This document shows positions 16,569-27,415 of a stretch of DNA of 64,000 nt, one piece after another (within the stretch, counting starts at the first letter, position 1; the number at the start of each line of letters is the position of its first letter). Made by a program: the position numbers and the translations under genes. The stretch covers positions 12,842 to 76,841 of the forward strand of contig JBEIFV010000004.1 in assembly GCA_040382235.1 (NCBI GenBank). The letters run 5' to 3'. The stretch comes from Burkholderiales bacterium. Its GTDB lineage: Bacteria > Pseudomonadota > Gammaproteobacteria > Burkholderiales > JAEUOS01. A model generated the notes under the pieces. It saw only the letters and a list, made by a program, of their open reading frames with translations, was not told the DNA's origin and ran no database searches.

Positions 16569-19500
16569 ATGAACGCTCCTGTTGATCCCAAACTGCTGGC
16601 CAGCATTTCGCTCGACGACAAGTACACGCAGGATAGCGGCACCGCATTCATGACCGGCACGCAGGCGCTGGTGCGCCTGCCGATGCTGCAGCGCAATCGC
16701 GATCTCGCTGCGGGCAAAAACACCGCCGGCTTCATTTCCGGCTATCGCGGTTCGCCCCTGGGCGGCTATGACCAGTCGCTGGCGAAAGCGAAAAAGCATT
16801 TGCAGCAGCACCATGTGGTGTTCCAGCCTGGCGTCAATGAGGATCTCGCCGCCACCTCGATCTGGGGCACGCAGCAGGTCAACATGTTCCAAGGTGCGAA
16901 ATACGACGGCGTGTTCGGAATCTGGTACGGCAAGGGTCCGGGCGTGGATCGCTGCGGCGATGTGTTCAAGCATGCCAACATGGCCGGCACCTCGCCCTGG
17001 GGCGGCGTGCTGGCCCTGGCCGGCGACGATCACGGCGCCAAGTCGTCGACCACCGCGCACCAGAGCGAGCAGATTTTGCAGGCGGTCTCGACCCCGATCT
17101 TCTATCCCGCGTCGGTGCAGGACATTCTCGACTACGGCGTGCACGGCTTTGCGCTGTCGCGTTACGCGTCGCTGTGGATCGGCATGAAATGCGTGACCGA
17201 CATTGTTGAATCGGGCGCCACCGTCGACTTGTCGACCGCGCGCGTGACGCCAGTGATTCCGACGGACTTCGTGCTGCCGCCGGATGGCCTGTCGATTCGT
17301 TTCAACATCACCGATTTTCTGGGTGAAGAAGCGCGCCTGCTCAACTACAAGCTGCCGGCGGTCAAGGCCTACGTGCGTGCCAATGGCTTGAACAAGGTGC
17401 TGTGGCGTGAAGGCGCCGGCGTCAAGCCGACGCTGGGTCTGGTTTCGGCCGGCAAGGCCTATGCGGATTTGCGCCAGGCGCTGGCCGACTTGGGCATCGA
17501 TGCCAAGGCCGCTGCCGACCTGGGCTTGCGCCTGTACAAGATCGCGCTCACCTGGCCGCTCGAGGAGTCCGGCGTGCGTGATTTCGCCGCCGGCCTGTCC
17601 GAGATTCTCGCGGTCGAAGAAAAGCGCCCGCTGATCGAATCGCAGATCAAGGAAATCCTCTACGGCACGCCCGGCGCGCCGCGCGTGACCGGAAAGGTCG
17701 ATGACAAGGGCGCTGCGCTGCTGCCGCTGCACGGCGAACTGACACCATCGATGATCGCGCGCGTGGTGGTGCAGCGCCTGCTGCCGCTGGCCGGTGCCGA
17801 ACTGCGGGCGCAACTTGAGGCGCGCATCGCGTTTCTCGATGCCCGCGAAGGCGCGGTCGCGAAAACGCTGCCGATCGCGGTGCGCACGCCGTATTTCTGC
17901 TCGGGCTGCCCGCACAACACCTCGACCAAGGTGCCCGAGGGTTCGCGTGCACTGGCAGGCATCGGTTGCCACTACATGGCGCAGTGGATGGACCGCGAGA
18001 CCTCGACCTTCACCCACATGGGCGCCGAAGGCGTCACCTGGGCCGGCGCCGCGCACTTCACCGACGAAAAGCATGTCTTCATCAATATCGGCGACGGCAC
18101 CTACTTTCACTCCGGCCTGCTGGCGATTCGCGCGGCTGTCTCCTCCAAGGTCAACGCCACCTACAAGGTGCTGTTCAACGACGCCGTGGCGATGACCGGC
18201 GGGCAACGCCATGACGGGCCGCTCAACCCCTGGCTGATTTCGCAACAACTGCATGCCGAAGGCGTGACGCCGATCATGGTGGTCACCGACGAGCCCGAGA
18301 AGTATCCGGCCGGCACCGCCTGGGCGCCCGGCACCACGGTGCATCATCGCGATGAACTCGATGCGGTACAAAAGCAGTTGCGCGAGATGCCCGGCATTTC
18401 AGCGGTGATCTACGACCAGACCTGCGCCAGTGAAAAGCGCCGCCGCCGCAAGATCGGCGAATTCCCCGACCCGGCCAAACGCGCCTTCATCAACGACGCG
18501 GTATGCGAAGGCTGCGGCGACTGCTCGGTCAAGTCCAACTGTATCTCGGTCGAGCCGCTGGAAACCGAGTTCGGGCGCAAGCGCAAGATCAACCAGAGTT
18601 CATGCAACAAGGATTATTCCTGCGTCAATGGCTTTTGCCCGAGCTTTGTCACCGTTGAGGGCGGCGGGCTGAAGAAGCCGGCCAAGCCGAACTTTACCGC
18701 CAGCGCCAAGGCGGGGGCCGACGCCACCGCGCTGCCGGCGCTGCCGCTGCCCACGATTCCGGCGGTGGCGATACCGTTCAACATCCTGGTCACCGGCATC
18801 GGCGGCACCGGTGTGATCACCATCGGCCAGATCGTCGCGGTGGCAGCGCACATCGAGGGCAAGAGCGCGCAGGTGCTCGACATGTCGGGCCTGGCGCAAA
18901 AGGGCGGGCAGGTCACCAGCCACGTGCAGATCGCGGCGTCGCCTGACGACCTGCATGCCACCCGCGTGGGCACCGCGGCCGCCGATCTGGTGGTGGGCGC
19001 CGACCTGGTGGTCACCGCGGGCCGCGACGTGATGTCACGCGTGGCTGCGGGCCGTACCCGGGTGCTGGTCAACAGCACCCTGTCGCCCACCTCGGCCTTC
19101 GTCAAGGACCCGAACTGGAAAATGCCGACCGCGGCCCTGGAGCAGGCGCTGATCGAAGCCGCTGGCAAGGAAGCGGTTTCGCTGGTGGCGGCCAACCGCC
19201 TGGCCACCGCTCTGATGGGTGACGCGATCGCCACCAACATGTTCATGCTGGGCTATGCGTTCCAGAAGGGCGCCATTCCCGTCGGTGAAGCAGCCCTGAT
19301 GCGTGCGATCGAATTGAACGGGGTGGCAATCGACTTCAACAAGAAGGCCTTCGACTGGGGCCGTTATGCCGCGGTCGATCCGGCATCCGTCGAGCGCATC
19401 GCCACGCCGGCGCAGGTGGTATCGCTGGCTGCCTTGAAACCGATGGCGATGTTTTCGCGCAACCTGGAGGAACTGGTGGCCAGGCGCGTCGAGTTCCTCA

Positions 19501-20111
19501 CGGCTTACCAGAACGCCGCGTATGCGAAGCAGTACAGCGATTTTGTCGAGGAGGTGCGCGTGGCGGAGGCGGCCAAGGTCGGCGGTACCCGGCTTGCCGA
19601 AGCGGTGGCCCGCTATTACTACAAGCTGATGGCCTACAAGGACGAATACGAGGTCGCACGCTTGTACACCGACCCTGCCTTCATGGAGAAGATCCGCAAC
19701 CAGTTCGAAGGCGACTATCAGGTCAAGTTTCACCTGGCGCCGCCGCTTCTGGCCAGGCGCAATTCCCAGGGCGAACTGGTGAAGCGGCAGTACGGTGCAT
19801 GGATGATCACGGCCTTCGGTGTGCTGGCGAAATTCAAGGGCCTGCGCGGCACCGCCTTCGATGTGTTCGGCAAGACAGAAGAGCGACGCACCGAGCGCGC
19901 GCTGATCGGCGAGTATCGCGAGATGGTTGCCGGGCTGCTCGGCAGCTTGTCAAAAGGCAACATCGACACTGCGGTGGCGATCGCCTCGGTTCCCGAGGAC
20001 ATTCGCGGGTATGGGCATGTCAAGGAGCGCCATCTGGAAGCGGCGCGCGCGAAACAGGCGACCTTGCTGGCCGCGTATCAAACGCCCGTTGCAAGCGTCC
20101 GGGCGGCATAG
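16569..20111 (+). CDS. indolepyruvate ferredoxin oxidoreductase family protein (fused alpha/beta, ~1180 aa)
   Basis: MNAPVDPKLLASISLDDKYTQDSGTAFMTGTQALVRLPMLQRNRD...GYRGSPLGG...; 4Fe-4S Cys clusters (CEGCGDC..., CNKDYSCVNGFCPSF). Confidence 0.9.
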   Translation: MNAPVDPKLLASISLDDKYTQDSGTAFMTGTQALVRLPMLQRNRDLAAGKNTAGFISGYRGSPLGGYDQSLAKAKKHLQQHHVVFQPGVNEDLAATSIWGTQQVNMFQGAKYDGVFGIWYGKGPGVDRCGDVFKHANMAGTSPWGGVLALAGDDHGAKSSTTAHQSEQILQAVSTPIFYPASVQDILDYGVHGFALSRYASLWIGMKCVTDIVESGATVDLSTARVTPVIPTDFVLPPDGLSIRFNITDFLGEEARLLNYKLPAVKAYVRANGLNKVLWREGAGVKPTLGLVSAGKAYADLRQALADLGIDAKAAADLGLRLYKIALTWPLEESGVRDFAAGLSEILAVEEKRPLIESQIKEILYGTPGAPRVTGKVDDKGAALLPLHGELTPSMIARVVVQRLLPLAGAELRAQLEARIAFLDAREGAVAKTLPIAVRTPYFCSGCPHNTSTKVPEGSRALAGIGCHYMAQWMDRETSTFTHMGAEGVTWAGAAHFTDEKHVFINIGDGTYFHSGLLAIRAAVSSKVNATYKVLFNDAVAMTGGQRHDGPLNPWLISQQLHAEGVTPIMVVTDEPEKYPAGTAWAPGTTVHHRDELDAVQKQLREMPGISAVIYDQTCASEKRRRRKIGEFPDPAKRAFINDAVCEGCGDCSVKSNCISVEPLETEFGRKRKINQSSCNKDYSCVNGFCPSFVTVEGGGLKKPAKPNFTASAKAGADATALPALPLPTIPAVAIPFNILVTGIGGTGVITIGQIVAVAAHIEGKSAQVLDMSGLAQKGGQVTSHVQIAASPDDLHATRVGTAAADLVVGADLVVTAGRDVMSRVAAGRTRVLVNSTLSPTSAFVKDPNWKMPTAALEQALIEAAGKEAVSLVAANRLATALMGDAIATNMFMLGYAFQKGAIPVGEAALMRAIELNGVAIDFNKKAFDWGRYAAVDPASVERIATPAQVVSLAALKPMAMFSRNLEELVARRVEFLTAYQNAAYAKQYSDFVEEVRVAEAAKVGGTRLAEAVARYYYKLMAYKDEYEVARLYTDPAFMEKIRNQFEGDYQVKFHLAPPLLARRNSQGELVKRQYGAWMITAFGVLAKFKGLRGTAFDVFGKTEERRTERALIGEYREMVAGLLGSLSKGNIDTAVAIASVPEDIRGYGHVKERHLEAARAKQATLLAAYQTPVASVRAA

Positions 20112-20156
20112 GATGGAAAGGGACTCGTCGCAGCGTCAGGGGTCATACTTTTTGCC

Positions 20157-20707
20157 ATGACTATTGTTGTCGCGACCATGACCGCCGAGCAGCTCCTGGC
20201 CATGCCAGCCGATGGGTGGCGCCATGAGCTTGTCCGAGGGGAGCTGCGCAGAATGGCACCTGCAGGGTACGAACATGGCCGTGTGACGATGAACCTGTCG
20301 TGGCGGATCATGCAACACGTGCGTCCGCGCAAGCTCGGGGTGGTCCTTACGGCGGACACCGGTTTCATCATCAAACGCGACCCCGATACGTGCGTGCCCC
20401 GGACGTCGCCTTCATCACGGCGGCACGGGCGGATGCGGCGCGTGCGATACGCGGCTATTTCCCCGGCGCACCAGACCTTGCCATAGAGGTGATATCGCCA
20501 TCGGACGCTTTTTCGGATGTCGAGGAGAAGGTGTTTGAGTGGCTGGATGCGGGAACCCTGGCAGTTGTCGTCGTCGACCCGCGGCGCCGGCGCGTCACTC
20601 TGAATCGGAGCAAAGGCGACATACGGGTATTGGGCGAGACTGAAACGCTGGATTTGTCGTTTGTCCTGCCTGAGTTTTCAGTTCTCGTAGGCGATCTGTT
20701 CGAGTAA
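20157..20707 (+). pseudogene. Uma2-family (DUF820) endonuclease with a 1-nt frameshift near 20388..20392
   Basis: Frame 1 gives ...GRVTMNLSWRIMQHVRPRKLGVVLTADTGFIIKRDPDT. Frame 3 continues (Y)VRAPDVAFITAARADAARAIRGYFPGAPDLAIEVISPSD...VVVVDP. Together these form one canonical Uma2 protein. Confidence 0.8.
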
Positions 20708-20974
20708 ACCGACCTCTCTGCGCAACCGGTTGCCACGCCAAACGTACACCGTCGGCGCACCGTCAACCCGTGGCGCCGATTGCGTGTGTGCCGGCCGGCC
20801 CGAAGGTCTTTCCCACGCCGATCGACGCAATTACTCGCGCCATGCTTGCCTGCGGAAGGGCGGCGCACAGGCGCCAACTGAAGCCCGAATGAGGGTGCTT
20901 GAAAGCGCCCGCTCGCTTGGCGCCCGATACTTGCGCGCATGCGCATCGGCGTATGGGCAGACTGCGAGGCGGCG

Positions 20975-22225
20975 TCAAACCTTGCGCGCCGCCCGCGCCC
21001 GCTGCCGGTTCGGCAGGAACCAGGCCACCAGCCCGATGACCGGCAGGTAGGAACAAAGCTGGTACACAAAGGCGATGCCGCGCACGTCGGCGATGCCGCC
21101 CATCAGCGCCGCGCCGAGGCCTCCCAGGCCAAACGAGAGTCCGAAGAACATGCCCGACACCATGCCCACGCGCCCCGGCATCAGTTCATGCGCATACACC
21201 AGGATCGCCGGGAAGGCCGCGGCCATCAGGAGGCCGATGATGATCGTGAGAACCGGCGTCCAGGCCAGGTTCGCATACGGCAGTGCGAGGGTGAACGGCA
21301 ATGCACCCAGAATCGACACCCAGATCATCGGCAAGTGGCCGACACGATCGGTCAGCGCGCCGCCCGCCAGGGTGCCGACGGCGATTGCCGCCATGTAGAT
21401 GAAAAGCTGCACCTGCGAGGCCTGGACCGAAAGATCAAAGCGTTCGATCAGGTAGAAGGTGAAATACGAGGACAAGCTTGCGCTGTAGACGTTTTTCGAC
21501 AGCAACAGCAGCATCAGTACCCAAAACAGAACCTTTACGTCGGTCCGCAGTGGCGGCGGCGGTGCGGCTGCGGGCGCAGCCGCGCGTGCCGGCTGCAGAT
21601 GCAGCGCGTACCACATGCCGACGCGCGCCAGCACCAGCATGCCGGCCAGCGCCACCAGCGAGACCCAGGCAATGGCACCCTGGCCGCGCGGCAGCACGAT
21701 GAAGGCGGCCAGCAGGGGCCCGAAGGCGCTGCCCAGGTTGCCGCCGACCTGGAACAGCGATTGCGCGGCACCGTAGCGCCCGCCCGAGGCCAGGCGCGCC
21801 ACGCGCGATGCTTCCGGATGGAACACCGCCGATCCGCTGCCGATAAGCGCCGCCGCCAACACCACGGTGACAAAGCTGCCCGCCATCGCCAGCAGGATGA
21901 GACCGACCAAGGTCAAGGCCATGCCAACGGCCAGCGAATAGGGCTGTTGCCGACGATCGGTATACAAGCCTACCGCCGGTTGCAGGATCGAGGCAGTGAG
22001 ATTGAAGGCCAGCGTGATCATGCCGATCTGCGTGAAGTCCAGGTGCAGCTGTTCCTTCAGCATCGGATACAGCGCCGGGATCAGCGACTGCATCAGGTCG
22101 TTCAACAGATGGCAGAACGAGAGCGCGAAGAGGATCGGCAGTACCACCTGATTCGCAGATGCAGATGAAGAAGCGGTCTGCGCCTCCGGCGGCGGCGAAG
22201 TTTTCGCGCTTGCAGTCTTGGACAT
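20975..22225 (-). CDS. MFS transporter (Fsr/fosmidomycin-resistance-like subfamily)
   Basis: ATG at 22225. ...ILFALSFCHLLNDLMQSLIPALYPMLKEQLHLDFTQIGMITLAFNLTASILQPAVGLYTDRR..., with multiple TM segments. Confidence 0.8.
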   Translation of the reverse strand: MSKTASAKTSPPPEAQTASSSASANQVVLPILFALSFCHLLNDLMQSLIPALYPMLKEQLHLDFTQIGMITLAFNLTASILQPAVGLYTDRRQQPYSLAVGMALTLVGLILLAMAGSFVTVVLAAALIGSGSAVFHPEASRVARLASGGRYGAAQSLFQVGGNLGSAFGPLLAAFIVLPRGQGAIAWVSLVALAGMLVLARVGMWYALHLQPARAAAPAAAPPPPLRTDVKVLFWVLMLLLLSKNVYSASLSSYFTFYLIERFDLSVQASQVQLFIYMAAIAVGTLAGGALTDRVGHLPMIWVSILGALPFTLALPYANLAWTPVLTIIIGLLMAAAFPAILVYAHELMPGRVGMVSGMFFGLSFGLGGLGAALMGGIADVRGIAFVYQLCSYLPVIGLVAWFLPNRQRARAARKV

Positions 22226-22495
22226 GTCTTCTGGCGTGGGGCGCTGCGGATTCGGATGTCTATTATCCGGCAATCGTGGAGCCGTCCCAACTCTACGGCG
22301 TGGGTTTGCCCGGCCCATGCTGATTCACGTGTCGAATCGCCGCACGTGCCGTACACCGGCAGTGGCCGGTTGGTGGGGTCGGTGGTCGCCGGCCCGACCC
22401 AATGGACGCTGACATCGGCTTAGGCGGCGATGGCGTTCGTGGCAGCCGGGCGCCTAAAGCGCTCGGGCACGGGGCGCAAGGCGCGCAAGGCGCGT

Positions 22496-22774
22496 GTGCT
22501 CGACAGCATGTCGAGCCTGTCGGATGCGGTACCCGAGTTTCAGTTCAATTGCTGGATCGGCGTTGTCGCGCCATGCGGCATGCCGGCGATTACGGTCGGA
22601 AAGTTTCGCGATGCGCTGGCGGCAGCGATGCGCGTGCCGGCACTTGCGGCCACACTCACCGCCAATGGCGCATTTGCGCACCCGACCACGCCGACGGAAT
22701 TTCGCGCCCTGTTGGTACGCGATATCGAAGCCACGCGACGTACCATGCGCTCGGCCTGCATCGAGCCGGAATAG
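22496..22774 (+). pseudogene. C-terminal stump (~90 aa) of a Bug/TctC-family receptor
   Basis: ...SLSDAVPEFQFNCWIGVVAPCGMPAITVGKFRDALAAAMRVPALAATLTANGAFAHPTTPTEFRALLVRDIEATRRTMRSACIEPE aligns by eye with the last quarter of the intact Bug proteins in this window. The N-terminal three quarters are absent. Confidence 0.65.
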
Positions 22775-23020
22775 CTGGGGTCGTGCTCGCGACGGACCAT
22801 GCAGTTCAGGATGCGGTGTCGCAGCGTGGGCCAGAACATGTTTCTGCACTGGCAGAGGTTGCAGCGACAGCGCGGTCACGGGCCTGGCCGCGCCGGGCTT
22901 CTGCCCAAAAATCGCCTGCATGGACAAGAGCGCGTGCTACCATAAATCCATACAACCGCTAATCCAAATCGCCAGCCCCGTAAGCGCGGGTGCTGCCCGA
23001 CGCGACCCGGGAGAAACAAC

Positions 23021-23272
23021 ATGCATGCATTGTCATTGCCGTATCCGGACGACCTCTTGATCACCTCCGGCAAGGGGCCACAAGCGTTGGAGGAAGAGCT
23101 GGCATTCTTGCTCGCTGTCAAATTGTTCGAGATGCGCCGGCTGTCACTGGGCAAGGCGGCAGAGTTTTGCCGCATGGGAAAGCTGCGCTTCATGTTTGAG
23201 TTGGGCCGCATGAAGGTGCCGGTGATGAACCTCGACGATGACCAGATCGCCGACGAGTTGCGGGATGATTAG
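23021..23272 (+). CDS. UPF0175-family protein (putative antitoxin-like partner)
   Basis: 83 aa, ...LAFLLAVKLFEMRRLSLGKAAEFCRMGKLRFMFELGRMKVPVMNLDDDQIADEL. Confidence 0.7.
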   Translation: MHALSLPYPDDLLITSGKGPQALEEELAFLLAVKLFEMRRLSLGKAAEFCRMGKLRFMFELGRMKVPVMNLDDDQIADELRDD

Positions 23273-23765
23273 TCAGACTATTGTTGGTGACAGTAGCCCA
23301 CTCATCTCTCTTGCGATCATCGGCCGACTCGACTTGCTGCCAAAGCTGTATCGGCGGGTATTGATTCCGCCCGCCGTCTGGAATGAGGTCACTGTTCAAG
23401 GCGCTGGACTGCCGGGCGCGCAAGCCGTGAGCAAGCTGACATGGCTTGAAGTCCAGGAACCGACCCCAGCGATTCTGCAGTCGCTGGCAATCCTCGTTGA
23501 TCGCGGGGAGGCGGAAGCCATCGCGCTCGCACTCGGCAATCCCGGCAGCAGCGTGTTGCTTGATGACGCGCAGGCGCGCCGGGTGGCGGAGCGGTTTGGT
23601 GTTGCCCGTATAGGCACTCTCGGCATTTTGCGAAGGGCGAAGATCGCTGGATTGGTCGGGCCTATCGGCCCCTATGTGACTGCCTTGCAGGAGAGCGGGA
23701 TATACATCCGCCAGGAACTGGTGGACGCGATATTGCGCGATGTGGGCGAAGCAACAACACCTTGA
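23265..23765 (+). CDS. DUF3368-domain (PIN-like) protein
   Basis: ATG at 23265 overlaps the upstream gene. IVGDSSPLISLAIIGRLDLLPKLYRRVLIPPAVWNEV...VDRGEAEAIALA...LLDDAQARRVAERFGVARIGTLGILRRAK... Confidence 0.7.
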   Translation: MISQTIVGDSSPLISLAIIGRLDLLPKLYRRVLIPPAVWNEVTVQGAGLPGAQAVSKLTWLEVQEPTPAILQSLAILVDRGEAEAIALALGNPGSSVLLDDAQARRVAERFGVARIGTLGILRRAKIAGLVGPIGPYVTALQESGIYIRQELVDAILRDVGEATTP

Positions 23766-23971
23766 TCTACTTGCCATGGCAGTACTTTCAGACCGTGGCT
23801 TGTGCGGTCGAGTCTGAGCGCAAACGCGGTGGCGTTGCACCGCACACGGCACCGGGCGGGAATCTGAATTCAATCCACGGATCTTCACTGCGAAGCAAGA
23901 ACTCGCAATTTCCGTCAAGCTCGATCGGACTTGATTGCGATAACGAACAAACCGATTTCAGGAGTTTTGCA

Positions 23972-24420
23972 GTGGCCCAAGCCTTAGTCAACGCATTGCG
24001 CAGCGTCGAGATCGGGGTACCCGATGTCGATGCCGCCGAGCGCTTCTACACCGACACCTGGAACCTTGCGGTGGCTGCACGCACCACCGATCGCGTCTAC
24101 CTGCGCGGCACCGGGCCTTCGCATCATCTGCTGTCGCTTATGCGCACCGAGCAATCCGAGTTGCTGGCGGTCACCCTGAATGCGGCGTCAAGACGCGAGA
24201 TCGCGTTGCTGGCGCAAGCGATGCCGGCGCATGGCGGCGTGATTCTGCGCGAGCCCGGTGCGATCGACGAACCCGGTGGCGGTTTCGGGCTGGTGTTCAG
24301 GGACCCGCAGGGGCGCATCATTCGATTGGTGTGTGAAGACGCGCACCACGCCGATGCCGGAAGCATGCGCGATCGACCGCAGCGTCTCGCGCATGTGGTG
24401 ATGAACAGCCACGACGTGGC
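23972..24420 (+). pseudogene. N-terminal half of a two-domain VOC/extradiol-dioxygenase-like protein
   Basis: GTG at 23972 after AGGAG. LRSVEIGVPDVDAAERFYTDTWNL...GFGLVFRDPQGRIIRLV...RLAHVVMNSHDVA, after which similarity ends. From 24446 the sequence is the 3' end of the opposite-strand livF-type gene. Confidence 0.6.
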
Positions 24421-24445
24421 TGATCCAGAGAACGCCGCGGCGCAG

Positions 24446-25158
24446 CTAGACGCCGAGGTATTGCCGGTGCAGATCGGGACGCGCACGAATCTCCGCCGCA
24501 GGCCCCTCGAACACCACGCCGCCCTTGACCAGGATGACGACACGGTCCGATATGGCCGAAACGGCGTTGAAATTCTTGTCGACGATGATGGTGGCAATAC
24601 CCGCGGTCTTGATGCGCCTGACGATGGCCCAGATCTCGCGCGCGATCAGCGGCGCGAGGCCCTCTGTGGCTTCATCGAGGATCAGCAGGTCGGGGGGGGC
24701 ATCAGCGCGCGACCGATCGTCAGCATCTGCTGCTCGCCGCCGGACAATTGCGCGCCGCCGTGGGTCAGGCGTTCTGCGAGGCGCGGAAAGGTTTCCATGA
24801 CGCGCTCGAAAGGCCAGTCGTCGCGGCCGTCAGTGCCCGGCCGCGCCGCCATCAAAAGGTTTTCGCGCACCGAAAGATTGGGAAAAATGCCGCGCCCCTC
24901 GGGTACATAAGCCACGCCCATGCGGGCAATGGCGTATGGCGCGATGCCGGTCACCGCACGACCCTTGACGCTGACTTCGCCGCGGCGCGGCGGCACCAGG
25001 CCCAGCATGCTCTTGAGCAGCGTGCTCTTGACCATGCCATTTCGACCCATCAGGCCCACGGTCTGGCCGCGTGAAATGCTGAAGTCGACGCCATGCAGGA
25101 TATGGCTGGCGCCGTAATAGGTGTGCAGCCCGCGTGCCTCCAGCAGCACGTCGTTCAT
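24446..25158 (-). pseudogene. branched-chain amino acid ABC transporter ATP-binding protein (LivF-type), frameshifted in a G8/C8 homopolymer
   Basis: The N-terminal 158 aa (..GRNGMVKSTLLK..LSGGEQQMLTIGRALM) end at a stop just after the run at 24692..24699. The -1 frame continues PDLLILDEATEGLAPLIAREIW...VVILVKGGVVFEGPAAEIRARPDLHRQYLGV-stop. Confidence 0.8.
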
Positions 25159-25269
25159 TGGAGCCCCCCCAAATCGCTGCGAGACGTTCCTTCCGAGGGA
25201 GGCGCATCGCCTGGTTCGGTGCTTCCTGCGACCGTGACGCGATGCCGGTCGGCCGTTGCCAGCCGATGC

Positions 25270-26023
<754 letters not shown>

Positions 26024-26031
<8 letters not shown>

Positions 26032-27001
26032 TGCGCTTGGCCATGCGACGCACGAGATCGCTGAACAGCCCGATCAGACCATTGAGCAGCAACAGCGAGG
26101 TGAGCACGATGAAGCCGCCCATCAGCAGGTGCCAGTGCTTGGTCAGGCCCTGGAACCACAACTCAAGCAGCATCCACACCGCGGCGCCGAGAATCGGGCC
26201 GGTCAGCGTACCCATGCCGCCAAGGATCACCATCATCATCACCGCACCCGACAAATGCCAGCCCATCATCTCGGGGTTGACCACGCCGAACTGCAGCGCC
26301 GAAAGGTAGCCGGCGACACCGGCCGTTGCGCCCGCCAGTAAAAAGCAGACAAGCTTGTAGCGGAACGTGGCGTAGCCAAGCGACTTCATGCGGTGCTCAT
26401 TGGCCTTGATGCCGGCAAGCACGCGGCCGAAGGGCGATGCAAGCACCGTGCGCAGCAGCAGATAAACGGCGACGAACAGCACCAGCGCCAGGTAGTAGAC
26501 GTGGGCGAAGTTGTCGAGGTTGAAAGGCTGCCAGTCGCCGATTTTTGCGACCGGGCGCAGGTCAATGAAAATGCCATCGTTGCCGCCGGCGAGCTTGGTG
26601 TCGTAGAACAGGAAGTAAAGCATCTGCGCAAAGGCCAGCGTCACCATGATGAAGTAAATGCCGTGCATGCGTACCGCGAGAAAGCCTATGGCAAGCGCGG
26701 TGAGGCCGCTCACCGCGATGGCCAGCGGCAGCGAGGTCCAGAAATTCGCCGCATGGTATCGCGGCGTCACAAGCGCCAGCGCATACCCCGCCACACCGTA
26801 GAATGCCGCATGGCCGAACGAGACCAGCCCGGTGTAGCCAAGCAGCAAATCCAGGCTCATCGCGAGGATGCCCATGATCAGGATCTTGGCGAAAAACTGT
26901 ACATAAAATTTTTCCGCCAGCAGCGGCACCAGCGCCAGCACGACCACCACCGTGGCGAGTGCCGCAAGGCCCGCGTATCCCTGGTGGTGGCCTGCGTTCA
27001 C
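26024..27001 (-). CDS. branched-chain amino acid ABC transporter permease (LivM-type)
   Basis: GTG at 27001 (GTGA overlap with the upstream stump). ...ILIMGILAMSLDLLLGYTGLVSFGHAAFYGVAGY..., a multi-TM protein. Confidence 0.85.
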
Positions 27002-27240
27002 AGCTTTTCCCCGACCAGGCCCTGGGGCCGCCACAGCAGGATGCCGGCCATCAGCACGTACACGGTCATGCTGGACAACTCGGGCAACAACTTGAGACCG
27101 CCGACCTCAAGATGCAGCACCTTGCCGAAAGTGTCGACCAGGCCGATCAGCAGGGAGGCGATCAGCGCGCCCTTGACCGAACCAAGCCCGCCTATGACCA
27201 CCACGACAAAGCAGATGATCAGCACATTAGCTTTGTAGCA
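26998..27240 (-). pseudogene. C-terminal stump (~80 aa) of a LivH-type permease
   Basis: ...YKANVLIICFVVVVIGGLGSVKGALIASLLIGLVDTFGKV...TVYVLMAGILLWRPQGLVGEKL matches only the last two TM segments. Upstream sequence shows no permease similarity, and no cognate binding-protein gene follows. Confidence 0.7.
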
Positions 27241-27415
27241 AAGCGAAATTTCGCTCGGCGTCCAGATGCGAAGGTGGCATTGAAGCTGACGCCTGGCGCG
27301 ACATCCGGGGCGACGGCCGGCTCGTAAAGCCTGTCGATTGCGCAACCGATGGTCGAAGCCAACGCGAGCGCGCTTGGTCCCGCCCGGCAGGTATCTGATC
27401 ACTCTGCCCGCAAAC

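Noticed and set aside
16542-18371. 609-aa minus-strand ORF opposite the indolepyruvate oxidoreductase gene. Similar long antisense ORFs occur at 59752..61821 (689 aa), 43593..45371 (592 aa), 32541..34463 (640 aa), 20939..22168 (409 aa), 6160..7341 (393 aa) and 53289..54578 (429 aa).
   Set aside because: All lie antisense to genes with strong family signatures and have low-complexity, Arg/Gly/Ala/His-rich translations with no recognisable motifs. Such shadow ORFs are expected at this G+C content.
22540-22930. Cys-rich minus-strand frame (..PRCRCNLCQCRNMFWPTLRHRILNCMVRREHDPS..) downstream of the Bug stump
   Set aside because: It looked like a possible zinc-ribbon/HNH remnant, but I recognised no defined motif spacing, there is no start/SD context, and it overlaps other equally long frames.
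27241-27415. Possible further gene remnant between the livH stump and the TRAP DctM stop
   Set aside because: None of the three minus-strand frames gave a recognisable family pattern. Treated as junction/spacer DNA.
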